A DNA stretch of 64,000 nucleotides from a virus, in IMG/VR virus record IMGVR_UViG_3300033075_000468. The stretch is one strand, 5' to 3'. The notes under the pieces are model-generated. The model had not been told where the DNA came from and searched no databases. It was given only the letters and a program-made list of their open reading frames with translations. Of the stretch, positions 1-10,700 are shown piece after piece (position 1 is the first letter of the stretch; each line of letters begins with the position of its first letter). The translations under genes and the position numbers were made by a program.

Positions 1-1734
1 TGAAACTGGTTGGGTTACTGCGGAACCATCCACCTTGACAGCAGTCATGCCAGTAATACCCTGTACAGTTATTACATCTGCTGATGCTGTTCCTGCGGTG
101 CCTAATGCGGGTTGTTTAGCTGCGGTAGCTGCACCAGTTGGAAGAGAAACAGTACCAGATACGTTAGTAATGTTCCATGTTCCAGACTGTGTGGCAGCTA
201 CAGTGCCATCGACTGTTATAGAGCTACCATTATCATCAATCGAGATAGCTCCACCTAGATCAGAGATACCTACACGTCCTGCTGAGTCTACAGCAATAGC
301 AGAGAAGTCTCCGTCAAGAGAAGTCTTAGAAGCTGCGGCGTCGTTTCTGACACCAAGGATCATCAGTCCCGTTTCGCCTCCTGCTGAGGCTGCATCTTCT
401 GTTTGTACTGACGGGAATCCTGTACCCGCATTTGCGGTTACTGACCCTGATATAGCTACAGTACCATCAACTGTTATTGATCCTCCACCATCATCTATCG
501 AGATAGTAGAAGCATTGTCATCTATGTGAACAACGTTGGTAATAGTTGAAACAGTACCTACGTTCCATGTTCCTGACTGAGTAGCTTGCACCGCAAAGGT
601 ACCAGCGTTGTCTACAGTGAGTGAACCACCATTATCTGTAACGGGAACGGCAGCAGATGAAGCGTCTACTTTGAGTGCTCCACCGGCAGATACAGTGGCT
701 CTTTGGCCTCTAGTTGATGCATCTTCAAGCACCAATACCTGCGCCCGCTTAGAGTCTACTCTAGCGGCTGCTGCGTCATTTTCTGTTAAAGCTGTCCCGG
801 CGACTTCATCGAAGATGTATCCAGCCTGAAACAGTTTTGATGTACCATCAGTAAACCCTGCATTGTCAGTGATTACTTGTGAATCTTGAACAGCAAAGGT
901 TCCGGCATTGTCTACCGTTAGAGAACCTGAGTTGTCTGTTACAGCTACCGCTGTAGAAATTGCGTTGATATTCCAGGTACCTGATTGTGCTGCTTGAACA
1001 GCGAATGTACCCCCGTTATCAACTGTTATAGAACCTGCACCGTCGTCAATGGATATTGTAGATCCATTGTCGTCAATAGAAATTGCCCCGCCACCATCTT
1101 GCACCGTTACAGTGCCAGAAACCGGCTGTGTTACAGCCGAATTATCTACCTTAAGAGCGCCAGCAGCAGAAACAGTTGCCCGCTGACCTCTTGTTGTTGC
1201 ATCCTCAATTGTAAGAACCTGCGCTCGCTTAACATCTATACGAGCAGCAGCGGCATCGTTTTCGGTGAGAGCAGTACCGGCAACCTCATCATACACATAG
1301 CCAGCAGCAAATACTTTAGTAGTTCCATCTGTAAATGCTGCATTGTCAGCAACTACTTGTGAGTCCTGAACAGCAAAAGTCCCACCGTTATCAACGGTGA
1401 GAGATCCTGCCCCATCATCTATAGATAGAGTTGAACCATTATCATCAACGTGTACAACGTTGGTAATGGTTGTGACAGTACCTACGTTCCATGTACCAGA
1501 TTGGGTGGCGGCTACGGTGCCGTCAACAGTTATTGACGATCCACCATCATCTACTGAGATAGTGGTGCCATCGTCTCTAATTGGAATACCGTGAGACGCA
1601 TCGACTAGCTGGGTACCAACAGTTAATTGCACAATTTGATTTTGTGCAACACCTGCTCCTAAATCCTGCTGATCAACATTTACGTCATAAGAACCGCTAA
1701 GACCATCTGAAATAGTCTGTTTTGCTACTGTCAA
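1..1734 (-). CDS. Repeat-containing tail fibre-like structural protein, partial; its C-terminus lies beyond the window start. Probable TTG start at 1734.
   Basis: Hand translation of the minus strand gives a stop-free frame for more than 570 codons. It has tandem roughly 300-aa repeats rich in VTDNSGSLTVDNAGTFAVQ / SIDDNGSTISIDDGAG motifs. GGAG lies 10 nt upstream of the TTG. The plus-strand ORFs listed in the track for this region are opposite-strand artefacts. Confidence 0.55.
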   Translation of the reverse strand, partial: MTVAKQTISDGLSGSYDVNVDQQDLGAGVAQNQIVQLTVGTQLVDASHGIPIRDDGTTISVDDGGSSITVDGTVAATQSGTWNVGTVTTITNVVHVDDNGSTLSIDDGAGSLTVDNGGTFAVQDSQVVADNAAFTDGTTKVFAAGYVYDEVAGTALTENDAAAARIDVKRAQVLTIEDATTRGQRATVSAAGALKVDNSAVTQPVSGTVTVQDGGGAISIDDNGSTISIDDGAGSITVDNGGTFAVQAAQSGTWNINAISTAVAVTDNSGSLTVDNAGTFAVQDSQVITDNAGFTDGTSKLFQAGYIFDEVAGTALTENDAAAARVDSKRAQVLVLEDASTRGQRATVSAGGALKVDASSAAVPVTDNGGSLTVDNAGTFAVQATQSGTWNVGTVSTITNVVHIDDNASTISIDDGGGSITVDGTVAISGSVTANAGTGFPSVQTEDAASAGGETGLMILGVRNDAAASKTSLDGDFSAIAVDSAGRVGISDLGGAISIDDNGSSITVDGTVAATQSGTWNITNVSGTVSLPTGAATAAKQPALGTAGTASADVITVQGITGMTAVKVDGSAVTQPVS

Positions 1735-1773
1735 GACAAATCAACTCCGAAGGCAATTATACTAGCTGAAATA

Positions 1774-2436
1774 TTAAACTGCCGTCCCTGCGGCTCTAGC
1801 TCTTGCCATCTTTAACTCTTGATGTGTAAAGCTGATTGCTGATGCCAATGGATAGTTCTTGAATGTAGCTGCACCAGTAGCAGGATCATAAGATTCAATC
1901 AATGGAACCTCTACTACGCCAGTTTGCTCATTGTAAACTCCACCCAAAGCTACTGCTAAATCTCTTGGATTCATATCTTCCTCTTCCTCCTGTACTAAAA
2001 ATGGTGCATCATAAACTCCATCGTATGGAGTCCACCATTGCAAGTGCCAGTTCTCTGACGGCACTGTATTCACCAAACCAAATTGTTTGGCTAGCAAGTG
2101 AAGCTCCCACCATTGCATGCCTTCGATTGCAACATCTATGGCATGTGAATAACCATCATATTGGGGCTGATGCATTGAGCCCCAAATAGCCCAGCCCCCG
2201 CCATCTTTCAACAACGGGGACTTCGGGGCATATCCTGAAAAAGCGTCGGGATTTGCAACGACAGAACTTCTAAGTCCTGTTATGTATGCAATATAAAGAC
2301 TCTTTTGTTGTGCATATGGACGAGTAGAACTTACGATATCGAGATGCCAACCTCTTGCCCAGCAAGCTTGCAAAAGTCCGTTGAATCTCTTTACCAACTC
2401 GGGGTGCGAAGCCCCCATCTTATCTACTGTATCCAT
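1774..2436 (-). CDS. Putative cell-wall hydrolase or endolysin with a weak M15-like H..D motif.
   Basis: It sits at the distal end of the tail gene block. The GGGWAIWGSMHQ...GYSHAIDV segment resembles metallopeptidase H-x-D signatures. No holin was recognised nearby. Confidence 0.4.
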   Translation of the reverse strand: MDTVDKMGASHPELVKRFNGLLQACWARGWHLDIVSSTRPYAQQKSLYIAYITGLRSSVVANPDAFSGYAPKSPLLKDGGGWAIWGSMHQPQYDGYSHAIDVAIEGMQWWELHLLAKQFGLVNTVPSENWHLQWWTPYDGVYDAPFLVQEEEEDMNPRDLAVALGGVYNEQTGVVEVPLIESYDPATGAATFKNYPLASAISFTHQELKMARARAAGTAV

Positions 2437-2754
2437 ACTATCTATACGTTTATCTTTCTATGGGTCCGTTGCTGTTAAGAGCATCCCATGTAGTCTTCGG
2501 GGTTTGTGACGGAGCAATTGTTTCCGCCTTTGTATTGTCCCCTCCGGTACGATCTACCTTCTTACCCGGTTCTAGATTTGCCATGTTGACTCCTTACGGG
2601 TTGACGGGGTTTAGCTGCCCGACCTTTGTCAGTGTTGCTGAAGAAGCATCTGCACCCGATCCACCAGAATCACCTGACCGACCATCTCTAGCCGATGTGT
2701 TATGATTCGCTGGCTTAGCTGCCGGGAAAGCTGCCTTGTTAGCTCCTGCTGGAC

Positions 2755-3189
2755 CTACTGTTGTATTTTCTGCCATGTCTGATTTCCTCCAAATTCCATT
2801 AGATACTCTATAGCCTTTAACATAAGCTCAGTATCTTCTTTAAACTTTCCTAATCCAGTGTTGCAATTATGACATAGCAACCCCCGCACTATTCCAGTCT
2901 CATGGTCGTGATCTATGTGCAAGGCTCTGCCACTCTCGTTAAGGCCACCACATATTCTACACCCATTATGACTTGTTTCAAGCGCTTTGTACTGCTCATC
3001 AGTGAGCCCATACCTGGAATGTCTTTTATTTCTTTTATTAAGTTGCCTAGCTTGCTCACGATTTTTATTTTTGTGAGACTTATTATTAGCCACCATGCAC
3101 TTCTTGCACCACGATTGATAGCTAGTTACACGATGCCTATAAAACTCTGAGTAAGGTTTTTCTATCTTGCAATTAGTGCAAGCTTTCAA
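2755..3189 (-). CDS. HNH endonuclease with an N-terminal Zn finger.
   Basis: It carries CxxC...CxxC followed by HIDHDHETGIVRGLLCHNCN, an HNH motif. It is a paralog of the HNH genes in the tRNA island. Confidence 0.8.
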   Translation of the reverse strand: MKACTNCKIEKPYSEFYRHRVTSYQSWCKKCMVANNKSHKNKNREQARQLNKRNKRHSRYGLTDEQYKALETSHNGCRICGGLNESGRALHIDHDHETGIVRGLLCHNCNTGLGKFKEDTELMLKAIEYLMEFGGNQTWQKIQQ

Positions 3190-3198
3190 CCTTTCTCC

Positions 3199-3825
3199 TT
3201 AGTAATACTCTAGGTATGCACCTAGAGCAAATGCTGACTTTCCACCTGCTGTTTCAGGCGATGCTGAAATTCCTACATAGAAATAGTGATCTGCTGAACC
3301 TGATCTTGATGCAAGATCGTGGCGCTCAGATGTGTTATCTCCACCAACGTTAGCTGTGGTAAATCCTGTCGGACCAGTTGTTGTGTCTGAGTTCAGCACA
3401 AACCATGCTGAAAGACCCTCGCCCTTTACGTAGCTGGCTACGTCTACACCAGTGGCCTGAGTTGTTGTTACTGAGCCATTGTATGTATAAATCTTACCAT
3501 TCTGTAGCGCATATGCAGCGGCATCATTAAAGTGAAGTCTGTATGAGCACTCATTGTCAGCTAGGTTTGTGTCGTTCAATGTCTCTGAACCACCACCATT
3601 TACTGACATTGTTGTTGAAGTCAGATACTTCACATTGTTTGCGTGTGATGAACCACACTGGTCTGTGCCAGGTGTTCCGTTACCCAAGTGGGTACCGTCT
3701 TGAAATGCTGTGGCGGCTACTGTTGCAGAAATTGATGAGCTTGAGCCCGAAAATACAAGTCTATTTGCGCCCATATCCGTCCAAGCTGGTGTCCCTACGT
3801 AAGCCTCCCAAGTTATTGTTGCCAA
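3199..3825 (-). CDS. Hypothetical minor tail protein.
   Basis: ORF of 208 aa, Ser/Thr/Gly-rich, within the tail block. Confidence 0.4.
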   Translation of the reverse strand: MATITWEAYVGTPAWTDMGANRLVFSGSSSSISATVAATAFQDGTHLGNGTPGTDQCGSSHANNVKYLTSTTMSVNGGGSETLNDTNLADNECSYRLHFNDAAAYALQNGKIYTYNGSVTTTQATGVDVASYVKGEGLSAWFVLNSDTTTGPTGFTTANVGGDNTSERHDLASRSGSADHYFYVGISASPETAGGKSAFALGAYLEYY

Positions 3826-3877
3826 TTTTACTCCTTTGATTAGCCCACATGGGCATATGTATCAATGATAGATACCC

Positions 3878-4282
3878 TTAAATTATATGTCTAGTGTAGT
3901 CACAAGCAATGCGTAAATCATATTTTGGGTTTGGTGACCATGACGTAGGAATATCTATCATTATCCAAAACTTCAATTCTTCGTCCGCTGCTAAATCAAA
4001 ACTCAATGTCGGGCCATAGGTCCCTGCCACCCCCGCCACATCTAGAGCGAACTGCACCCATCCAGATTCATCTGTATCTCCTAAGTCTGTACAATACAGC
4101 AGGCCATCGGTGAGATATTCTGCTGAGGGAGAGTTCATTCTTAAGTAAAATGTCTGTTCGATAGTTGCTCCGGTAGATGGTGCGCTCCACACAATGGGAT
4201 TACTGAACGATTCATCTTCAGATATCTGTCCTACTCCGCTAGGATACTTATAGATACCAAGCATTAAGTTCCCACCGCCCAA
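3878..4282 (-). CDS. Hypothetical structural protein.
   Basis: ORF of 134 aa in the tail block; its start overlaps the upstream gene. Confidence 0.35.
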   Translation of the reverse strand: MGGGNLMLGIYKYPSGVGQISEDESFSNPIVWSAPSTGATIEQTFYLRMNSPSAEYLTDGLLYCTDLGDTDESGWVQFALDVAGVAGTYGPTLSFDLAADEELKFWIMIDIPTSWSPNPKYDLRIACDYTRHII

Positions 4283-5352
4283 ACTAGAATTCTACACAAC
4301 TTATTCACTGTACTATTCATTTTTACACGCACATAATTGACATTCTTACCTAATGGTAAATGCACTTCCAGCGGCATACCAGTCATACCTGGAATATCAG
4401 ACACAGGAGACACTGCCTCCCAAATTAATGCATCTGTAGATGTTTCTATAGATATTGAAGTAAGATCGGGATCTAAAGGAAACACTACAGAAATTTTACC
4501 TATGTTATATACTCCACCCAAATCATATGCTAACCATTGAGAGCCTGTTCCAAACTCTACCCATTTATCATAATCAAACATATAGCTTAAAAAAGCTGAA
4601 TCTGGATCTGTTACACCTCCACCGTATGATGTGAAATAATCTATGCCAAATACAGGAATTAAGGACCACTCATTTACTACAATGGTTTCGGCTGGAACTG
4701 CACTGATAGTAATATTTGTACCATCTGATGTGATATCTACACCCGCCCCATTGACTAAAGTCAGAGCCCCTGTATTCTCTTCATTGTCTGGCGTCGTTAT
4801 TTTATGCACATAATCAACTAGAGCATTTGACGACAATGTAGAAGCTTGTAGCGTTATAGTAAATTCTGCGCTGTTCAGTCCAGTGTTTTCTATCTTGTAG
4901 TGCAGCCAATTACCTTGCGTTGAATCATAGTGCGCCCATAGCTCTTGGTATCTCAAGGTGTCTGTCACACCAACAAGAGAGAACTCTTTGTCCGCATCAA
5001 GATAGGAAGATGTATGATACGAAGAGAAGCTTATCTCTGTGTCATTTGAAAAAGAGAAGTATGTGTCCCGCACTATTGTGAGAGAACACCATGAGATAGA
5101 TGCCTCGTAAGTATCCCCCGGCGCAATAGATGGAGTCACAATTTGTAGCTCTCTAATAGCCATGGATGCAGGATTGTTTAGAGAATAATACTCTAGGATG
5201 GCTGTCCTGGCCTGCGAACGAATATAATCCATTACGTCAGTGTTTAAGTGTGGGAGCTTTATTTGCTTGGCCTGCAAATTAACTGGCGAAGAGTTCACTC
5301 CATCGTGATCATGCCCTTTAGCTTTGAAGAAACTTATTTCTCTTTCATTCAT
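4264..5352 (-). CDS. Hypothetical tail-associated protein.
   Basis: ORF of 362 aa, stop/start-coupled with the 805-aa tail protein. Confidence 0.4.
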   Translation of the reverse strand: MNEREISFFKAKGHDHDGVNSSPVNLQAKQIKLPHLNTDVMDYIRSQARTAILEYYSLNNPASMAIRELQIVTPSIAPGDTYEASISWCSLTIVRDTYFSFSNDTEISFSSYHTSSYLDADKEFSLVGVTDTLRYQELWAHYDSTQGNWLHYKIENTGLNSAEFTITLQASTLSSNALVDYVHKITTPDNEENTGALTLVNGAGVDITSDGTNITISAVPAETIVVNEWSLIPVFGIDYFTSYGGGVTDPDSAFLSYMFDYDKWVEFGTGSQWLAYDLGGVYNIGKISVVFPLDPDLTSISIETSTDALIWEAVSPVSDIPGMTGMPLEVHLPLGKNVNYVRVKMNSTVNKLCRILVWAVGT

Positions 5353-7769
5353 TAATCCGCTATCTCCCTTATTGTCATTGACATATTTAGCCCACCATCA
5401 TATGAGTAATTCACTGAGATAACATGGAACAACACGTTATTAATCCCTAGCTCTTCAAGCAGCACCACTCTAATCAAATCGCCCGTTTCGATTCTCAAGT
5501 CACCAGTACAGTTCAGAGAAACTATACGCCTAGGGCTATTGTACTGGTTAATATAAAAGTTTACAATCTTTTGAGCATGCTCTACTGACTGAATCCAGTT
5601 ATTGTTAATCTCAATCTCATTCTTTCCATATCTTCTAATCAAATTATTGATTGTACCTGTTGGATTCTCGATGCTTTCCTTGATCTTTTCTGATCCATTG
5701 TCGGCAATGACTGTACCAGAAATAGCTGTAGCAAAGTTGATTTGAATATCGTGAGCCTGATCATCAAAATCTTTCAGTGTCTCTCCTGTGCCAGCCAACC
5801 AAGTATTGAATTCCACCATATTCCCCACAACAAGCTTCCCTTTGAAAGCATCATGCTCCCAAAACACCACATAAGCTTGCGCCGTTCTTTCTGCCGGATC
5901 GGTAAGCAAAACATCTATCGCTGTAACGAATGGATAGTTCACAGAGATTACAGGAGAGTTGCTGAACTCCATCTCAAATACTCTTGCCTCACCAGCATAT
6001 GATCCTGGCCAGACATATGATATTGGTGTCCCCAGGTATCCTCTATGTAGTCCGGTAAAGGTTCTTGTGGCATTGTCGCAAGTATCATACTTAATAAGCT
6101 CCCCGCCCGTTAATAGAAATGATCCATCAAGTTGTACTGTCCATTGAGGCAACCATATCAAACCATTTTTTGTAGGCCACAAGAACTCCACTGTAGTCTC
6201 AGTTGACTCGGTGGACTGTCTTGCTCCCAACGACATAGTTAAAGAAGTTGTATTATCCACTAGCAATTCATCGGTAAGAATCCCATAGCTCAATATAGTA
6301 GGAGATGGCGCATTCCATACACTGGCAGTTCTTACGGTATCAGTATTGTAAGGGGCTACCTTGACTGTAATCTTATTAGCATATATCTGAGTATTTAATG
6401 TTCCATTCTGGATATTCGTATCATGTGAGAAGTCTGCTATAGGTCCAGCTACAGGAAGTTCGCTGTATGCCTCATACCTAAACACCCCATCAGAATCAAA
6501 TCCAAAGTAAGCCATATCCGCCAAGGCTATTTCACCCAGAAATGACCATGGTTGTGTATCTCTCATGAACAAGATATCAAATGTGTTTAGATTGGCCGGA
6601 TTGATTTGAATCTTGTTATTGGGAATACCTGCTAGTTGCAGTATCTCTCGAATAGGGCCTTCAGCCGTAGTGTTCACCCACGACTTACCCCAATGAGTAG
6701 CATCATCTTGTAAGAATCTAGAAGCATCTCTACAAGAGGCTGAGGTAACCATCCCGCCTGAGTCTGATTGCCATTGATCTACCCAAAATTCCCCCATCTT
6801 GATATACTCATCATTGCTGCCATTATATAAACCAAAATATGGAACTACTTTATTACCTCGACCTAACTCTGGACGTTCTAGAAGAGTCCAGTAGCCATCT
6901 GTATTAGATAGAGAAAAATTCAGAGTGCTAGCTTCTGTTGTACCTATCGGTACAGTACTATTATACTCTTCTCTAGTATCAGATATATCCATAGATATAA
7001 TAGAATCAGTGGATACGTTTTCAACAAACATACCATTGAATTCAAGTACTCTAGCATAGTCATTCGGACGCCATGTTGAAAGCACTTCGACTACTAATCC
7101 AGTCACATCACTGAAATTATAGTCATTCGATTCCCAAACATATGTATCCTCAGGTATTTCTATTGAAATAAAATTGTTATAATTAAGTCCGCTATCTCGA
7201 TAATAAAGATTGACCAATCTTATATTTGAATATCCCTGTGGCAATGTAAGCTTAAATCTATTCATAGCTTTAGGAGTATTCCAATGAGCTAAAACATATT
7301 CAGATCCATCAAAATTTCCTGATCCATCACTTTTATTTCCACTCCACCATCCACGTTCAAAATCTGATTCAGTCATAGGAATAGCTCTAAATCCATTACC
7401 GTCAGCTACGTCATAAACTTGAGCCCCGCAATCACATACCAGCCACTTAGGTGAAGTTTCTTTATTATTGTATACATCTGATACTTTCCAGAATTTCTTC
7501 ATGCCATTAGAAGTAACTAGAGTATCATCACTCACATTTCCAATAAGATTTGGAGGATCAGCGTAATATCCTAAATATGGAGAGGTAGCATCTAGACCAG
7601 TAACATGATCAAACCCTTTTCTCATTAACTTCAGACTTGAAGCCACCACTTCAGTAAAATCATGCTGAGAATTATCTAGAGTAGTAATCTCTAAGAATCC
7701 AAAGATATTAACTGCTAAGTTTGAATCAAATGACTGTGCTAGTTCACTACCACTCGTTAATGCTCTCAA
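5352..7769 (-). CDS. Minor tail protein, paralog A.
   Basis: ORF of 805 aa. It shares several conserved blocks with the adjacent 1328-aa protein (WLVCDxGA..DGxG[FY]R..ERGWWS, FLQDxxTxW, ANKITVKV, WLAGTGxTxxDxDDxxHDIxIxFATA, LxRRYGKNEI). Confidence 0.55.
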   Translation of the reverse strand: MRALTSGSELAQSFDSNLAVNIFGFLEITTLDNSQHDFTEVVASSLKLMRKGFDHVTGLDATSPYLGYYADPPNLIGNVSDDTLVTSNGMKKFWKVSDVYNNKETSPKWLVCDCGAQVYDVADGNGFRAIPMTESDFERGWWSGNKSDGSGNFDGSEYVLAHWNTPKAMNRFKLTLPQGYSNIRLVNLYYRDSGLNYNNFISIEIPEDTYVWESNDYNFSDVTGLVVEVLSTWRPNDYARVLEFNGMFVENVSTDSIISMDISDTREEYNSTVPIGTTEASTLNFSLSNTDGYWTLLERPELGRGNKVVPYFGLYNGSNDEYIKMGEFWVDQWQSDSGGMVTSASCRDASRFLQDDATHWGKSWVNTTAEGPIREILQLAGIPNNKIQINPANLNTFDILFMRDTQPWSFLGEIALADMAYFGFDSDGVFRYEAYSELPVAGPIADFSHDTNIQNGTLNTQIYANKITVKVAPYNTDTVRTASVWNAPSPTILSYGILTDELLVDNTTSLTMSLGARQSTESTETTVEFLWPTKNGLIWLPQWTVQLDGSFLLTGGELIKYDTCDNATRTFTGLHRGYLGTPISYVWPGSYAGEARVFEMEFSNSPVISVNYPFVTAIDVLLTDPAERTAQAYVVFWEHDAFKGKLVVGNMVEFNTWLAGTGETLKDFDDQAHDIQINFATAISGTVIADNGSEKIKESIENPTGTINNLIRRYGKNEIEINNNWIQSVEHAQKIVNFYINQYNSPRRIVSLNCTGDLRIETGDLIRVVLLEELGINNVLFHVISVNYSYDGGLNMSMTIREIAD

Positions 7770-10700
7770 TCTAAATCTCTCCTGACTCGAATCTCTTGAT
7801 CAATTCCACCATCATATCTTATCGTATTACCGATTACGACGACACTTCTCTCAGTAGAGAAGTTAAATCCATCTAGATAGCCAAATAAGATTTTATCTTT
7901 TAGATCTAAATCTAGAATTGCTGTAGTCTTTACTTTCCATTCCGGCACTGGATATTGGAATCTTGCGATCATTCTATCAAGAATAGTCTCTGCGGCTTCT
8001 CTAGTTTGAATGAATGGAGAATCAATCTTAATTTCATTCTTACCATATCTGCGTACTAGATTTGCTAATGTCTTCTCTGGATTGATAATAGTCTCAGTAA
8101 TCACTTCTGATTGCACCTGTACTAATGCTACTCCCGCCACAGCAGTAGCAAATTCTATCTCTATGTCATGTTCTGTATCATCAATATCTCTAGCTGTTTG
8201 TCCTGTTCCTGCTAACCAAGTGTAGTAGTCAGCAATGTTGGCTATAGCTAGCCTACCTGATGCTTGATCATGCTCCCATAGCACTACGTGTGCCTGTTTT
8301 GTAGCTTCTATATCATCATAAGAAAGTACATCTATTGCCGTTACAAACGGGAATCTAATATCCTCTACCGGTGCGTTACTAAACTCCATGTTGAACATGA
8401 CTAGTTCACCTATCTTGGTACCAGCAGTCCAATCCTGTGCCGCTGTATACAATGCCCCCCGTTCTATATCTGTGAAAGCACTATCTGTTCTTGAGTTGTA
8501 CTTAACTACCTCTCCATTGATAACCATTGGATATGGACGCCCGCCACGAATCTCATAAGCAAGCTCGTATAGGAATAGATATCCCCTGTCAGGCCATCCG
8601 TAGTTCGTCAAATTAAATCCAGATTGTCTAGGGGCAGTAGCCACAGTGATTGTACTAGATTCTGCATTTATGTTAGCCCCTAGTGCAGACCACGACAAGA
8701 TTGTTGGTGATGGCGCAGCCCACAAAGAAGTGAGTTTATTTTCTTCTTTAATTATAGGATTTACTTTAACAGTTATCTTATTTGCATAAACTTCTGTTTG
8801 CATGTTGGCACTTATTATATTCGTTGAATAATCTAATAATTTATCTTTAGAAACTGAAGAAGAGAAATCATCATATTCAAAAATATTATCTCTTGTAAAT
8901 CTGAACATAGAGAAACTAACTAGGGCTAGTTCACCAAATAGTTCCCACGGAGTAGATTGCTTTAGATATACCTGATTAATCGTAGTATTATTTCCATTAA
9001 TATTAATTCTTCTTAAAGGAATATCATTCAGAAGAAGTATTTCGATAAGTGGAGCATCAATAAGCGTATCCTTCCAGACCTTGTTCCAATAAGTCATTTG
9101 ATCTTGTAAGAATTTTGAAGCATCTCTACACTGCACTGAGGCTGTCATAGAGCTAGAGTCATTCGACCAAGAATCTGAATAGTAATCTCCAAAATATACT
9201 TCATCCATTACTAGAGTGTCATTATTGAGTTGACTTAGATATATACTAAATCGTGTATTCGCTCCAAGTACGTAACCAGTGTATGGGGCGAATAACTTAT
9301 ACTTTTCACTAATGTTATTAAATGTGATATCAACACTCTTTGCAGCAGTTCTTGGAATTGCTACATTTGATTCATAGAATTCCATATCTTCTTTGATATC
9401 AATTGAAATTACATCTTCTGATATATCTACAATATAAAAAGCATTAAGCTCGCTCAATCTGGCCCAATCATTTGGTCTAGTTGTTGAATATACTGTTGCT
9501 CTAAGTCCTGAGATCTCTATCGCAGAAGAAAAATCATACGTCCAAATGAAATCTTCTGGATTAAATGCTGTGATAAAGTTAGGTGTAGCCAACTGCACCC
9601 ATTGACCATCAGCAGTTAAATATTCTATACCAACAGAATTCATTGGAGCATATCCATACATAAGATTTAGCTGTATTCTATTTACCAATCTAGGAGTTGT
9701 CCATTGGGATTGCACCCATTCTGGAGTAGTAAAGTTTCCTGCTGAATCGCTACGATTCTGGCTCCACCATCCTCTTTCATAGTCTTCGTTATCAAGTGGG
9801 CATGTTCTATACCCCGTACCGTCCGCAGTATCATGCAGTATCGCCCCCGCATCACATACCAGCCACTTCATCGTAAGTTCATTTCTATTATTATAAACAT
9901 CTTCTGGACGCCAGAACTGATAATAACCAGGAGGAATATCTGGATGCTGTCCAGGTATAACTGTACCTGAACCTGGTCCAGTAGTTCCATCCGTAGGAAA
10001 CTGTGCGCCCGCATTTGTAACAACTATATTATCGAATAAGATAGTTCTATTACCTACAAAGTTACCAACTGTGACTCTCTTATATTGTCCACCCTGAACA
10101 GCAAACGTTCCAAGATCAGTGAATCTAAAGAGAATAACATCATAAAATCCCTCAGTAGGAAATTTTAGACTAAATACTTTATCAGATATAAATAAAGGTG
10201 GAGGATCAGAAATATCTATAGAGTCTGCTATAGAAACACTCCTTATGACTCTAGGAGAAGCAGAAAGATCTACACCATTCTCAGCAAATAATGCAGCATT
10301 AATATCTGGCCCAAACTCATCACTAAATGCTACTAATATGCCATACAGCACATCAGAAGTAGCTAATGAACTAATAGGGGTTCCAGAAAGAACACTTGAG
10401 AAATCTACACCTTGCTTTCCAATCACCCATATATCACCAGCAGGCGGTCCTATATCAAATGTAATATCTGTGAATGTAACTGTCTGTAGTGTATTGGGAA
10501 CTGGATCTGGTGACCAAATAAAATCTACACCATTAGTGGGGAAACTACTCCCGTCTGTAAATATAGTGACTGATTTACTTCTTGTACCATTTGGTGCTCC
10601 AGAAATTGTTGCTAGAGCAGCTACAATATATGAGCCAGTAGTGAGATTAAATACTGGAGTTTCTAATGAACTTGTTTGAAGTAAAGTAGTTCCATCAGAC

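Noticed and set aside
35-1594. Four plus-strand ORFs (35-529, 608-829, 985-1362, 1397-1594) in the ORF track.
   Set aside because: They are low-complexity translations of the strand opposite to a long, stop-free, repeat-rich minus-strand frame that continues the minus-strand structural operon. All neighbouring genes are on the minus strand.
2594-2776. A 60-aa ORF between the putative lysin and an HNH gene as a possible holin.
   Set aside because: It has no hydrophobic transmembrane segment, its composition is Gly/Ala/Ser-rich, and it overlaps the HNH gene start.
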